A DNA stretch of 64,000 bases from Synechococcales cyanobacterium VAR_4_metabat_354 (GCA_031414775.1 JANOQI010000016.1:160001-224000); one strand, 5' to 3'; shown: positions 41,037 to 51,493, counted from the stretch's first letter. Translations and numbers: made by a program. Notes: a model not told the origin generated them from the sequence alone.

Positions 41037-41300
41037 ATGTCTAGAATTCAACTGACCAATCTTCCATCTGCTGGCAGCACTTTATTTCAAGGCAGCGAAA
41101 GTTTTCTAACTGAACTACAATCCACTGAAGCTCATGCTATTTATGGCGGCAAAGGTCATGGTAAAGGCAGTGGCAGTGGCAAAGGCCATGGCGGCAGCAA
41201 AAAAGGTAGTAAAGGTAGTGGCCGTGGTTATGGTGGACATGGACACGGCGGGCCTTGCGCACCCGGTTGTCCTCCTTACACACCACCAGTTTGTCATTAA
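41037..41300 (+). CDS. double-glycine RiPP precursor peptide
   Basis: RBS ggag; 38-aa leader LFQGSESFLTEL...IYGG; 49-aa core KGHGKGSGSG...PCAPGCPPYTPPVCH. Confidence 0.85.
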   Translation: MSRIQLTNLPSAGSTLFQGSESFLTELQSTEAHAIYGGKGHGKGSGSGKGHGGSKKGSKGSGRGYGGHGHGGPCAPGCPPYTPPVCH

Positions 41301-41378
41301 TTAATGTGATAAAACTTGATTTCCACCTGTTTAGCATTCATTACTTCATACTGAAGTGATTTAAGACAATGCTGAAAA

Positions 41379-41414
41379 GTAAGCCTATCCAACTTTTTGG
41401 ATAAGCTTATTTTT
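41379..41414 (+). terminator. terminator between precursor and convergent export operon
   Basis: taagcctatcca...tggataagctta followed by a T-run. Confidence 0.6.
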
Positions 41415-41542
41415 ATGAGCGATAAGAAAATTGTGAAGCTCAAAACTTTAAGATTTCTTAAAAAAATTAGTTAACTTTGAATGTAATTTCTACTAAAATT
41501 GGCAGGAGTACCGATCAGGGTTTATGGTGAAAAATTCAGGTA

Positions 41543-42283
41543 TCACAGGCCGTAACTGAAATCCAGATGCTCTCGCTGGTGCTCAATTTGCTGTTGTAGC
41601 CAACCTTGAAACAGATCCCACATAATTTGTTCGCGGATAGACGGGCTTAATTGTGGTGGCACAATTTCTGTAACCAGAATTAAGTGACTATTTTTAGTGA
41701 CCCTGATCGGCGGTAATAGTTGGGGCGGTTGGGTCGCAAATACCACCGCCGAAATTTCTGGTGGCATCTGGCGACGTTTTACCAAGCCCCGATAGCCCCC
41801 CTTTTGCTGCTGCACACCTGTCGAATAATCATGAGCCACTTCCCCAAAGCTCATATCGCCTTCTTGAATCGCATAAAATAGCTCGATCGCCAGATTGTAA
41901 TCATTGACCACTACCTCTGAAATTATAGCTCCCCCATAATCCAAAATATGCTGATGAAAAAATGGCTCAACTTTGTCAGCAAACATTTGCTGGGCAACTC
42001 TGTGGGTTAGGAGATTAGTGACCACTAGCTGCTCAAAATCATCCATTGAAAGTGTTCGATCTGCTAACCATTTTTCAGTAGCGGCAATCGTGTCTAACTT
42101 ATTAGCTTCTCGGAACTGATCAGCACCAACTTGTAATTCAGCGTCAGTAATCTCGATCCCTAGACGCTGGGCATGGTCTTCTAAAATTCTCTGTTGAAGA
42201 ATGCCAGTAATCAGCTCCGGAACCTTACCAGTAATTTTGATTTGATGCAGTAAGTCGAGACTAGTGATTTTGATAGTAGGCAT
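41543..42283 (-). CDS. parvulin/PpiC-type peptidylprolyl isomerase associated with peptide export
   Basis: ELQ..AD.FR, A.ELFYAIQEG..F..VA..YS, GGYRG, PEISAVVF. Confidence 0.82.
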   Translation of the reverse strand: MPTIKITSLDLLHQIKITGKVPELITGILQQRILEDHAQRLGIEITDAELQVGADQFREANKLDTIAATEKWLADRTLSMDDFEQLVVTNLLTHRVAQQMFADKVEPFFHQHILDYGGAIISEVVVNDYNLAIELFYAIQEGDMSFGEVAHDYSTGVQQQKGGYRGLVKRRQMPPEISAVVFATQPPQLLPPIRVTKNSHLILVTEIVPPQLSPSIREQIMWDLFQGWLQQQIEHQREHLDFSYGL

Positions 42284-42327
42284 AAGGCTGGATTCAACAA
42301 GTATTGAGGCTACATCAATAGCATCAA

Positions 42328-44505
42328 TTAGTTAGACTTTAGTTTCGTAAAAGGTGCCGTAATCAAGTCGATAATCCGGCGTTTGCGGATAATAATTTCG
42401 GCAGTGGCCGGTTGCCCAGACTTAAATGGTAGACACTCACCCCGGTACTTAATGCACGACTGTGCCAACGCCACCCGCACTTCGTAGTTAACCACATTCC
42501 CCAATGGTGAAGCAACCAACTTAGAATTAGGTGAAATCCAAATCAGCTTGCCATTGACAATCCCATAGCTCTCAAAAGGGAATTCCTCAAACTTCAACTT
42601 CACATTTTTGTTAGTAGTTGTACGCAACGATTCACTTTGGGAGGCCGGAATATCACCCTTGAAGATCAAGTCCATTGCTTGATTCGTCTGAGGTGCAATT
42701 TCGGCAATTAGTTGCTTTGGCTGCACTACCGAACCCTCCCGCGTAATCGGCAGTTCAAAAATTCGGCCATCCACATCAGCCCGAATTGTATATTTGGCCA
42801 GCTGCCGATTGAGAGTTGTGCTCAGATTTTTCGATTGTTCAATGTCGGTACGTAGCATCGTCACTTGGGATTGGACTTCTTTTAGTTGTTGTTCGCTTTT
42901 GCCCACAGCTAATTTACCGCCCTGCACCAAGCTTTGCAGACTCCGTTGTTGTTCTACCAACCGCAATTGGGCTTGGGTAATATCCGATCGCAACTGACCG
43001 ACCGTCCGCTGATAAGTACCCTGTTGCTCGGTTAAGCGCAGCTTAGACTGCTGGACATCGGCTTGCACTTGCTGAACTAACTTACTGTAACTATCTTGCT
43101 GCTCGCGGTAGCGGAGCTTGGCTTGCTGTAAGTTAGCCTCGGCTTGCAGTTTGGCTTGATTACGCTCTTTGGCTAGGCTCTCGATTTCCCGGCTTTTCAC
43201 CTCCGAAATCGCCCCGGACTTATAAAGCTGATTAAAACGACGCGCTTCGGCCTGGGCATCACGCAGCCGATTAACTGCTACCTGATAGGCCGCAGTACTA
43301 TCCATAATCGTTCGCTGAGCTTGGTTGATTTGGGTAATCTTCTCTTGCTTTTGCAGGTTGAGTCCACCCCGGCGATCTTGAACGGTTTGTTCTGCTTGGT
43401 TTAGTTGTGCTTTTTTCTCACCATCTTGAGTGTTGTAGCTATTCCTCAGATTAGTAAGATTTTGTTCAGCCTGAGCAATTTGGGCTTGTTTTTCGAGAAG
43501 CTGGGCTTGGTTCTGTTGCTGCTGAGTACTGATCGCGATCGATAGCTGGTTGTTCATGAGCAGGAGCTGATTCAAGCGCTGCTGCTGGCCTTCTAGCTTG
43601 ACCTGATTTTGCTGCACCTGATCCCGAATATTTTTGGCATCTAGCTCCATCAGCACCTGGCCTTTTTTGACAGCATCCCCTTTTTTGACAAGCACCTTTG
43701 TAACCGTTACACTGCCATCCACATCGGCCTCCCGCTTAATCGTATCCCCAATCACTTCTAATCTTCCTTTGGCGGTACCAATTTCATCCATCTGAAAGAA
43801 ACTCGCCCACGGAATAAAAACTCCCACAAACGCCAGCAGAAAATAAAATAGACCTCTTGTCCAAGGCAACGGCACCCCATCAATAACTTCTTTGGCCGCA
43901 GTTGACCAATCAGTCAACTGCGTCAGGCCGGTTGGAACTAAACCAAAGCTAGTTTCGGAATTGAACACAGCCAAATCTTGGGAAGGAGTCGGTGCTAAAT
44001 CCTGGGAAGAAGTTGGTGCTAAATCCTCACTGGGATGTGCTTCGACTGGGATAATTAGCTCGCTGGCGGTGGGTTCTTGAAATGCTAAATTGTCGGAACC
44101 GACTAAGGCTTTCTCTAATAAACCTGGGCCAAATTGAGTATACCCAAGTTGTACAGATCGAATAATTTCCACAATGATGGAGTTGATATTGTGTTTGGTA
44201 ACATAGCCACTTACCCCACTTTGTAAAGATTTTTGGACATACTCAGCATCATCGTAACTACTAATAATAATTACTTTGGTATCTGGAAAGTCGTGATGAA
44301 TTAACTTGGATACTTCCAGTCCGTTCATACCGGGCATTTCAATATCCAGCAGCACAATATCTGGCAAAAATATTTGCACCTGCTCCAGAGCACTAAAGCC
44401 ATCCGATGCGGTGCCAATTACCCGAAAATCCGGTTGTTGAGTTAAAATTGCTTGCAGATTTGCCCGCACCATTACTTGGTCATCTACAATCAGAATTTCA
44501 ATCAT
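42328..44505 (-). CDS. response-regulator receiver fused to HlyD-family membrane fusion protein
   Basis: ILIVDD, LLDIEMPGMNG, GYVTK; then TM, lipoyl-like VKKGDAVKKGQ, long coiled coil, FPFESYG, GQPATAEII. Confidence 0.9.
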   Translation of the reverse strand: MIEILIVDDQVMVRANLQAILTQQPDFRVIGTASDGFSALEQVQIFLPDIVLLDIEMPGMNGLEVSKLIHHDFPDTKVIIISSYDDAEYVQKSLQSGVSGYVTKHNINSIIVEIIRSVQLGYTQFGPGLLEKALVGSDNLAFQEPTASELIIPVEAHPSEDLAPTSSQDLAPTPSQDLAVFNSETSFGLVPTGLTQLTDWSTAAKEVIDGVPLPWTRGLFYFLLAFVGVFIPWASFFQMDEIGTAKGRLEVIGDTIKREADVDGSVTVTKVLVKKGDAVKKGQVLMELDAKNIRDQVQQNQVKLEGQQQRLNQLLLMNNQLSIAISTQQQQNQAQLLEKQAQIAQAEQNLTNLRNSYNTQDGEKKAQLNQAEQTVQDRRGGLNLQKQEKITQINQAQRTIMDSTAAYQVAVNRLRDAQAEARRFNQLYKSGAISEVKSREIESLAKERNQAKLQAEANLQQAKLRYREQQDSYSKLVQQVQADVQQSKLRLTEQQGTYQRTVGQLRSDITQAQLRLVEQQRSLQSLVQGGKLAVGKSEQQLKEVQSQVTMLRTDIEQSKNLSTTLNRQLAKYTIRADVDGRIFELPITREGSVVQPKQLIAEIAPQTNQAMDLIFKGDIPASQSESLRTTTNKNVKLKFEEFPFESYGIVNGKLIWISPNSKLVASPLGNVVNYEVRVALAQSCIKYRGECLPFKSGQPATAEIIIRKRRIIDLITAPFTKLKSN
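43970..44031 (-). repeat. 24-nt tandem repeat in REC-HlyD linker (SxDLAPT)
   Basis: SEDLAPTS-SQDLAPTP-SQDLA. Confidence 0.75.
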
Positions 44506-44507
44506 AG

Positions 44508-47279
44508 TTATTCGCCGATAATTGTCATTTGCTGTTCATTCAGGTGAAAATATTGACCCCGCCTCGCCATCAGCTCTCGATGATTACCGCTTTCAATCAA
44601 AATCCCTTGGTCTAAGACCAAAATTAAGTCAGCATTTCGCACTGTTGATAACCGATGGGCAATAATTAGGGTACTGCGTCCTTGGCAGATGTTTTCTAAG
44701 TTTTTCTGAATAATTCGCTCCGATTCGGTATCCAAACTGCTGGTCGCTTCATCAAAAACCAACAGTCTGGGATTGCCCAATAATGCCCTGGCAATCGCTA
44801 GCCGTTGTCGCTGTCCACCGGATAACATGCCACCGCCTTCCCCAATTTGGGTCTCATAGCCCATCGGCATCTTCCGAATAAATTCATCGGCACCAGCCAG
44901 TAGCGCCGCCTGTTTCACTTCTTTGAGGTTGGTACGGGCATGACCCAGGGAAATATTGTCCAGGATGCTACCGCTGAACAAAAAAGTGTTTTGATCAACC
45001 ACGCCAATTTGCGATCGGAGAGAATGGAGAGCAATATTAGATAGTTCTCTGCCGTCGATTAAAATTTTACCAGTAGTAGGCGAATAGAGTCCTAGCAACA
45101 GTTTAGAGATGGTGGTTTTGCCAGAACCACTGCGTCCCACCAAGGCCACCGTCTGGCCAGGTTTAATCTCAAAGCTGAGATTTTCTAAGGTATTATTTTC
45201 GGTGTGCGGATTGTAGCGAAAAGTCACTCGATCGAACACTACCTGACCGCGCAGTTTGCCGATCCGCTGGCGATTATCGTTGTGGAGATTTTCTTCCGGG
45301 GGAGACTCAATCACATCACAAATCCGTTCGATCGCGATCGTTACTTCCTGAAATTGATTCCATAAACCCGCCAACCGCTTGAAAGGACTAATCACATTCG
45401 CAGAGAGCATATTAAAAGCAAACATTTGACCAATACTAAACTCACCACTGATTACCAAGGTCGCCCCTAACCACAGTAACGCTACACCGCTGAAGGACTC
45501 TAATGCCGAACTAGCAGCTTGCAGCTTAATTCCAAACATCTTGCTGCGATATTGCTGCTTCACTTCTTGGTTGAGTAGCTCTTCCCACCGCCAGCGCACA
45601 CTCTTTTCCACAGACATGGATTTGACAGTGCGTACTCCGGTTAGGGCTTCAATCAAATAGCTATTCTCTTCGGCAGTGGCCGTAAATACTTCGCGCGAGA
45701 TTTTTTTCAGAAAAGGGGTGGCGGCCACATTCAAAATCAAGAAGGACGGAATCGTTACCAGTACCAAGAGTGCTAATTTCCAGCTATAGACAAACATCAG
45801 CGATACATAAACAAATACCGACATGATGTCCAGAATCAAACCCAAGGTTTCACCAGTAATAAAACTGCGAATCTTGTGATTTTCTTGCATCCGCGAGGTG
45901 ATATCGCCCACCTGCCTGGTGTCAAAATAATTGAGTGGCAGACTAAAAGCATGACGGATAAAGCCAACAATCATGGCTGTATCGATACGGATGGCCGTGA
46001 TATAAATCAAGTATTGGCGGAGACCTCCCATCATGATTTGAAAGATCGCCATGATGAGTAGTCCGATCGAGAAAGTCGTAAGGCTGTCAGCAGATTTATG
46101 AATGATGGCGCGATCTAAGATGAGCTGGGTAAAAATTGGGGAAATTAAACCAAAAAGTTGCAGAACGATCGAAGCAACGAAAATCTCACTAATCACCACC
46201 CGGTGGGGTTTAACTAGTTCTAGCAACTGCCAAAAAGTATCAGACTCTTCCTCCGTATTTTTCGAGAGCGCTACTGTCGGTTCTAGCAGTAGGCAATAGC
46301 CCGTCCAATCTTTAATAAATTCTGCCGCAGTCAACCGCCTTTGACCCACTGCCGGATCGCCGACAATCACGCCTTTCTTATTGATTTCATAGATCACTAA
46401 GTAATGGTTGCCACGCCAGTGAGCGATCGCTGGCAGTTTTTGTTGAGACAATTGATCGAGACTGGCTTTAACTGGCCGACTATTAAAGCCCAAGCTCTCC
46501 GCCGCCGTAGCCAAAGTTTTTAGGGAAGAGCCATCGCGGCTAATTACGGCCATCTCCCGCACCCGGTTGATTTTAAAAACCTTGCCCCAGTAACGGCCAA
46601 TCATCACGATACAAGCCGCTCCACAGTCTGCCGCACTCTGCTGAGCATAGAAGGGGTAGCTGGCCATGGTGCGCTGCCACCACTGCCCCAGTTGCTGTAC
46701 TGGCGAAGGAAAATAGATTTGGGATGTCTTCAGTCGAGAATCCTGATGATTACCTCTGGTATTGGTGAAGCTACCAAGCGTCATGGGCATCACGAATCGA
46801 TCGGCTGTTACCGGCGGAACGCTGATCTGGGAAATGTTGGTGACCGAGGCGATTTCTACCGGCTGGAGTGGACTTTGGGCTTGAGCCAGCAAATGAGACT
46901 GGATGTTGGGCAACTTCTGCCACAGCGTTTGCAGGGTCTCGGCAGTTAGCCGCGCGACGATCGCCTGAGTTTGTCCCTTGACCAGCGCTGCTTTGGCTAC
47001 ATAGACCAAACCGTCATTAGCAAATAGAGTGCTAGATCCAAAAGTATTATTTGCTTTGATAACAGCTAGTTTTTCACCGGCTTCGCTAAAGAGACGGATT
47101 TTGCCAGCTAAGACTAAATGTAGACCAGCCGGACTATTCTGAGAATGCCAAAACACTTGACCTGGTTCTACTCTAACCAACTCTACTCGCTGATTCAGCC
47201 ACTCCCAGTCAGGAGGAGTCAAGTATTCACCAAGCACGGCTTGCCATTGTTCAGCCGAAATAGTGGAAGAATTAACCAT
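44508..47279 (-). CDS. peptidase-containing ABC transporter (cNMP-like + C39 + TMD + ATPase)
   Basis: QQSAADCGAAC, HWRGNHY, GDPA (Cys/His/Asp present); GRSGSGKT, LSGGQRQR, DEATSSLD. Confidence 0.93.
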   Translation of the reverse strand: MVNSSTISAEQWQAVLGEYLTPPDWEWLNQRVELVRVEPGQVFWHSQNSPAGLHLVLAGKIRLFSEAGEKLAVIKANNTFGSSTLFANDGLVYVAKAALVKGQTQAIVARLTAETLQTLWQKLPNIQSHLLAQAQSPLQPVEIASVTNISQISVPPVTADRFVMPMTLGSFTNTRGNHQDSRLKTSQIYFPSPVQQLGQWWQRTMASYPFYAQQSAADCGAACIVMIGRYWGKVFKINRVREMAVISRDGSSLKTLATAAESLGFNSRPVKASLDQLSQQKLPAIAHWRGNHYLVIYEINKKGVIVGDPAVGQRRLTAAEFIKDWTGYCLLLEPTVALSKNTEEESDTFWQLLELVKPHRVVISEIFVASIVLQLFGLISPIFTQLILDRAIIHKSADSLTTFSIGLLIMAIFQIMMGGLRQYLIYITAIRIDTAMIVGFIRHAFSLPLNYFDTRQVGDITSRMQENHKIRSFITGETLGLILDIMSVFVYVSLMFVYSWKLALLVLVTIPSFLILNVAATPFLKKISREVFTATAEENSYLIEALTGVRTVKSMSVEKSVRWRWEELLNQEVKQQYRSKMFGIKLQAASSALESFSGVALLWLGATLVISGEFSIGQMFAFNMLSANVISPFKRLAGLWNQFQEVTIAIERICDVIESPPEENLHNDNRQRIGKLRGQVVFDRVTFRYNPHTENNTLENLSFEIKPGQTVALVGRSGSGKTTISKLLLGLYSPTTGKILIDGRELSNIALHSLRSQIGVVDQNTFLFSGSILDNISLGHARTNLKEVKQAALLAGADEFIRKMPMGYETQIGEGGGMLSGGQRQRLAIARALLGNPRLLVFDEATSSLDTESERIIQKNLENICQGRSTLIIAHRLSTVRNADLILVLDQGILIESGNHRELMARRGQYFHLNEQQMTIIGE

Positions 47280-47422
47280 TTGATTTTGCCGTTGTAGCTA
47301 GTAAGCAGTTTACCGTACTAAAACTACTGATCCACTAGGTAATATGGCTTAACCGCAGCTAGACATAGTTCACCAGCATGGCTCATAATTACTTCCATTA
47401 ATTTGCGAGTAGCGTGTGTTTT

Positions 47423-48772
47423 ATGTGGCGATCGATCTTGATCCGAAAAAAATATTGGCAATTTGCCGCAGTTATGCTGCTAGCAACTGCTTGCGCGATC
47501 AGTACAGTCACTTGGTGGCCACAGGCTACAGTGGCTCAAACCCAACCTAATTTTTGTCCGAAGGGCATAGGACTGCGGCCAAGGTCAGTAGCAGCCACTG
47601 CCAACTTACCGGTAGTAGAAGTAACAAAAGAACTAGGTATAGCCAGAACCGGTCCCCATGATGACTGCGAACGAGTAACACCCCTGCCACGCGGTACCCG
47701 TGCTCGGGTCACCAGCCGCGCGACTGGACCTGATCGCTACAAAAAAGTCGTGCCCTGGTCACAGTTGGATTATGGAGCCTGGATTGAGTCCTCGGAGTTG
47801 AATGCCATCTCCGGCTCGGCATCTATTCAGTCGCGCTTAGAAGCAGTCAGCACCCAAGTCTTGCCCGAAACCACCGAAATTTCTTTTCCGTTGTCTAGCC
47901 CGACTCCGATCGAGATTCAACAAGGCGATCGAACTCTTAGCCTAACTTTCCACAACACGGCGGCAGCCATTAAACAGTTGACTGATGCAGGCAAACAGCA
48001 AAACTGGAAACCCAGCCAAAACGTGGCCTTCAGCAATCCGGTGGTAGCTCAAGCCAGTTGGCGGCAAATTACCCCCAATAAGGTCAAGTTCGACTTCCAA
48101 CTCAAACCCCGCCAACAATGGGGATATCAGACCCGCTATGCCGGTAACAAGCTGGTCTTATCCTTGCGTCAGCCTCCCAAACTAGCTGGAAACATTCCCC
48201 AACCGCTCAAAGGAATTAAAGTACTGGTCGATCCTGGCCATGGTGCCGTGGACTCTGGCGCTGTTGGTAAAGCTTATGGCAAAACCTATGAAGAAAAGCT
48301 CTTGAACATCAGCTTTTCGCAACTACTTCAGAAAGAACTGCAAAGTAAAGGGGCGATCGTCACCATGACTCGGACTACTGACGTGAATCCATCCCTAGAC
48401 GATCGACACAATATGATCAATCGCACTAGTCCAGCGGTGTCAATTTCTATTCACCATGATGCTTCCACTCCAGGCCGCTCTCGCGGTGCTTCCATTTATT
48501 GGTATCAGCCCCAGTCCAAAAACTTAGCAGCCTCACTTTTAAATACTTTCAACAAAAAAGGAAATCGTCCAATTCTGAATAACAACGGCGTGATCCAAAA
48601 AAGTTTTGCAGTAGTACGTCCTAGTGGCGCACCTTCAGTACTCCTAGAAGTGGGTTTTATGACCGACTCCCAAGAAGTTACCGAACTATCGAAACCAGCT
48701 ACTCAACAGCGGCTGGCTAAAGTGTTAACCGATGGCATTACTCAGTGGGTGGTGAGTCAGGCCGCTACCTAA
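47423..48772 (+). CDS. N-acetylmuramoyl-L-alanine amidase
   Basis: Signal peptide; DPGHG, EK, ISIH, LLEVGF; start uncertain. Confidence 0.9.
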   Translation: MWRSILIRKKYWQFAAVMLLATACAISTVTWWPQATVAQTQPNFCPKGIGLRPRSVAATANLPVVEVTKELGIARTGPHDDCERVTPLPRGTRARVTSRATGPDRYKKVVPWSQLDYGAWIESSELNAISGSASIQSRLEAVSTQVLPETTEISFPLSSPTPIEIQQGDRTLSLTFHNTAAAIKQLTDAGKQQNWKPSQNVAFSNPVVAQASWRQITPNKVKFDFQLKPRQQWGYQTRYAGNKLVLSLRQPPKLAGNIPQPLKGIKVLVDPGHGAVDSGAVGKAYGKTYEEKLLNISFSQLLQKELQSKGAIVTMTRTTDVNPSLDDRHNMINRTSPAVSISIHHDASTPGRSRGASIYWYQPQSKNLAASLLNTFNKKGNRPILNNNGVIQKSFAVVRPSGAPSVLLEVGFMTDSQEVTELSKPATQQRLAKVLTDGITQWVVSQAAT

Positions 48773-48785
48773 AAAATTTAACAAT

Positions 48786-49094
48786 CTAGATAATCCACTC
48801 CGAAGTCCGATCGCCCAGATCCAAGGGAATACTAATTGCCTTGCCCAGTCTGGGCTTTTCTTTGGTTACTGCGATGAAATCTATGACCTGTTGTACGCCA
48901 CCCATGGCATTGAGATGGGCGGCGATCGCATCCAAATGTGCCAAATATTCTTCTTCGGAGAGCGGAAAGGAAACCTGCTCTAAATATCGCCACATTACTT
49001 GCAAATAGACTCTATTAGTCAGTTTGCGTAGCTGGACATCATAAGAATAAGTCCATTTCCCAATAATCAGTTGTCTGAGGTCTGCTCCAGTCAA
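48786..49094 (-). CDS. DUF3067 family protein
   Basis: KWxxSYDVQL, QVMWRYLEQxSFPL, PRLGKA. Confidence 0.85.
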   Translation of the reverse strand: MTGADLRQLIIGKWTYSYDVQLRKLTNRVYLQVMWRYLEQVSFPLSEEEYLAHLDAIAAHLNAMGGVQQVIDFIAVTKEKPRLGKAISIPLDLGDRTSEWII

Positions 49095-49218
49095 GTGCTT
49101 TCATCCATGTGCGATTCGGGCAAAATGCGATTTTCGCCGCTGCAAAAAAATGGCATAATAGTTCGATATCCTAGCTATTAGCTTTATACATAATATACAT
49201 TCAACCAAAATCTAAGTT

Positions 49219-49758
49219 ATGGCTCAACTTTCTGCTGGCTCCAACGACGCACCAGATCTTGGTCGCCGCCAATTTATGAATCTATTAACCTGGGGAACTG
49301 TGACCGGTACCGTTTTAGGCGGAGCCTACCCCTTTGTTAGCTATTTTATTCCGCCATCTAGTGGTGCTGCCGGTGGCGGCGCTACGGCCAGAGACGCTAG
49401 CGGCAACGATGTCTTAGTGAGTCAGTTTATTGCTGGCAAACAAAAAGGCGATCGAGCTTTAACCCAAGGTCTCAAAGGCGACCCTACCTACCTAGTCGTG
49501 GGTGAAGGTACCGTTTTAGACTATGGCATCAACGCCATCTGTACTCACCTAGGTTGTGTCGTACCTTGGAACGGTGCTGAAAACAAATTCATGTGTCCTT
49601 GTCATGGTTCTCAATATGATGCTGCTGGCAAAATGGTGCGCGGACCAGCACCAAAATCTTTGCCGTTAGCTCATGCTGCCGTAGTAGATGACAAAGTTTC
49701 CTTTACGCCTTGGACTGAAACTGATTTCCGTTCTGGTGAACCAGCTTGGTGGGCTTAA
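49219..49758 (+). CDS. petC: cytochrome b6f Rieske iron-sulfur subunit
   Basis: RRQFMN, CTHLGC, CPCHGS. Confidence 0.98.
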   Translation: MAQLSAGSNDAPDLGRRQFMNLLTWGTVTGTVLGGAYPFVSYFIPPSSGAAGGGATARDASGNDVLVSQFIAGKQKGDRALTQGLKGDPTYLVVGEGTVLDYGINAICTHLGCVVPWNGAENKFMCPCHGSQYDAAGKMVRGPAPKSLPLAHAAVVDDKVSFTPWTETDFRSGEPAWWA

Positions 49759-49807
49759 CTCGCCATCATTACAACCTATTTTCTCGGATCTCCTAATATT
49801 TAAAATA

Positions 49808-50764
49808 ATGAATCTAGTTTCTTTTCCCCGGCTGATTGCTAGATCTGCACTAGTTTTTTTAGCCAGTATCAGCTTCTTACTGTTTGCACCGCAGCCAGCA
49901 GAGGCGTATCCCTTTTGGGCGCAGCAAACCTACCCCGAAAGCCCTCGCGAAGCCACTGGTCGGATTGTTTGTGCCAACTGCCATTTGGCAGCTAAGCCCA
50001 CTCAAATAGAAGTACCCCAATCAGTACTACCAGACACTGTGTTTGAAGCGGTAGTGAAACTTCCCTATGATAGAAGCATCCAGCAAGTTACTGCTGATGG
50101 CAGTAAAGGCCCCTTAAATGTGGGTGCGGTACTGATGTTGCCAGAAGGCTTCAAGATTGCTCCTGACGACCGGATTCCACCAGAGATGAAGGAGAAAATC
50201 CAAGGTCTGTCCTATCAGCCCTACGGTGAAGGCAAAGATAACACCGTCATTATTGGCCCATTACCGGGTGATCAATACGAAGAAATTATCTTCCCAGTAC
50301 TGTCTCCCAATCCTAAAACTGATAAAGGTATCTACTTCGGCAAGTACCCTATTCATGTTGGCGGCAACCGTGGCCGTGGTCAGGTTTACCCGACCGGTGA
50401 GAAAAGTAATAACACGGCTTATGCTGCTTCTGTGGCTGGTAACGTCACTGAAATTACGGCTGGTGAAGCTGGTGCTTCCACCATCACGATTCAACCCGCT
50501 AGCGGCGAGGCTGTCGTCGAAAAGATTCCGGCTGGTCCAACTATCCTGGTCGCAGCTGGTGACACTGTAACTGTTGGTCAAGCTCTAACCAATAACCCCA
50601 ATGTTGGCGGATTTGGCCAGCGTGATGCTGAGATTGTATTGCAAAACCCTAACCGGATTTACGGTTTGGTGGCTTTTTTGACCATGATTATGCTTTCTCA
50701 AATCCTCTTGGTGCTGAAGAAAAAGCAAGTCGAAAGAGTTCAGGCCGCAGAATTAGAGTTTTAG
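49808..50764 (+). CDS. petA: apocytochrome f
   Basis: [29 protein letters not shown] 49808. Confidence 0.98.
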   Translation: MNLVSFPRLIARSALVFLASISFLLFAPQPAEAYPFWAQQTYPESPREATGRIVCANCHLAAKPTQIEVPQSVLPDTVFEAVVKLPYDRSIQQVTADGSKGPLNVGAVLMLPEGFKIAPDDRIPPEMKEKIQGLSYQPYGEGKDNTVIIGPLPGDQYEEIIFPVLSPNPKTDKGIYFGKYPIHVGGNRGRGQVYPTGEKSNNTAYAASVAGNVTEITAGEAGASTITIQPASGEAVVEKIPAGPTILVAAGDTVTVGQALTNNPNVGGFGQRDAEIVLQNPNRIYGLVAFLTMIMLSQILLVLKKKQVERVQAAELEF

Positions 50765-50788
50765 ATTACTCTTTTTAAAGCCGATCGC

Positions 50789-50816
50789 AGGGGTACCAAG
50801 TTGGTATCCCTTTTTT
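50789..50816 (+). terminator. petCA terminator
   Basis: aggggtaccaa-g-ttggtatccct followed by a T-run. Confidence 0.75.
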
Positions 50817-51139
50817 GGATCGATCGACAGATAACTTGAAAAGTTTGCTCCAGTACTATTGACAGTCATACTCCCAATGCTATAATCTCTCTCCATTAGA
50901 TAAATACACTTAAAATACTCCAATTATTATTAGCTCCTCAAGATAAATTCAGTATTCCTTCGGAGTGCAAATATCTAGTCTTGGTATTAGATTAAATTAT
51001 CTATCGCTAGCTGCCTGTCACTAAATTCCGTAAATTAACGGATTACTCTTGATTTACTATCTCAAGTCGATCGAGAGCATTAGTAATCGGCGGAATTAAT
51101 ATCTCAACATAATAAAATTTTTAACAGGAGGTGTAGCCG

Positions 51140-51343
51140 ATGATGGCTTCCCCGCACTTAAACAAACTAATCCGATTTTTAACAGAAGATTTATCACTGT
51201 CCACTGCCTCCATGAATGTGGCTCTGAAGCAGATCGAAAGTAACCCTGGTCCATTACCAATGGTTCTATGGCAGTATGGCTTGGTGACGATCGATCAGCT
51301 CAATCAAATTTATGACTGGCTAGATCTAGAAAAAGCATCCTAG
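51140..51343 (+). CDS. DUF2949 family protein
   Basis: PLPMVLWQYGLVTIDQLNQIYDWL; RBS aggagg. Confidence 0.85.
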   Translation: MMASPHLNKLIRFLTEDLSLSTASMNVALKQIESNPGPLPMVLWQYGLVTIDQLNQIYDWLDLEKAS

Positions 51344-51493
51344 CTAAAAACTTGTCGGTTCGGTTCTACCCATTAACTAACTTCGGTTCTACGCAATGAC
51401 TAGCTGGATCATTACCTGTTAGATTTTGACTATGTGTTAAGTTAGCGTTCTTATAAAACAAACCGTCGAAATCCAGAAGTAGGGGATAAATCT

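Noticed and set aside
41115..41337. His/Cys-rich and Thr/Ala-rich minus-strand ORFs as extra precursors
   Set aside because: Antisense to the low-complexity core and have no GG leader
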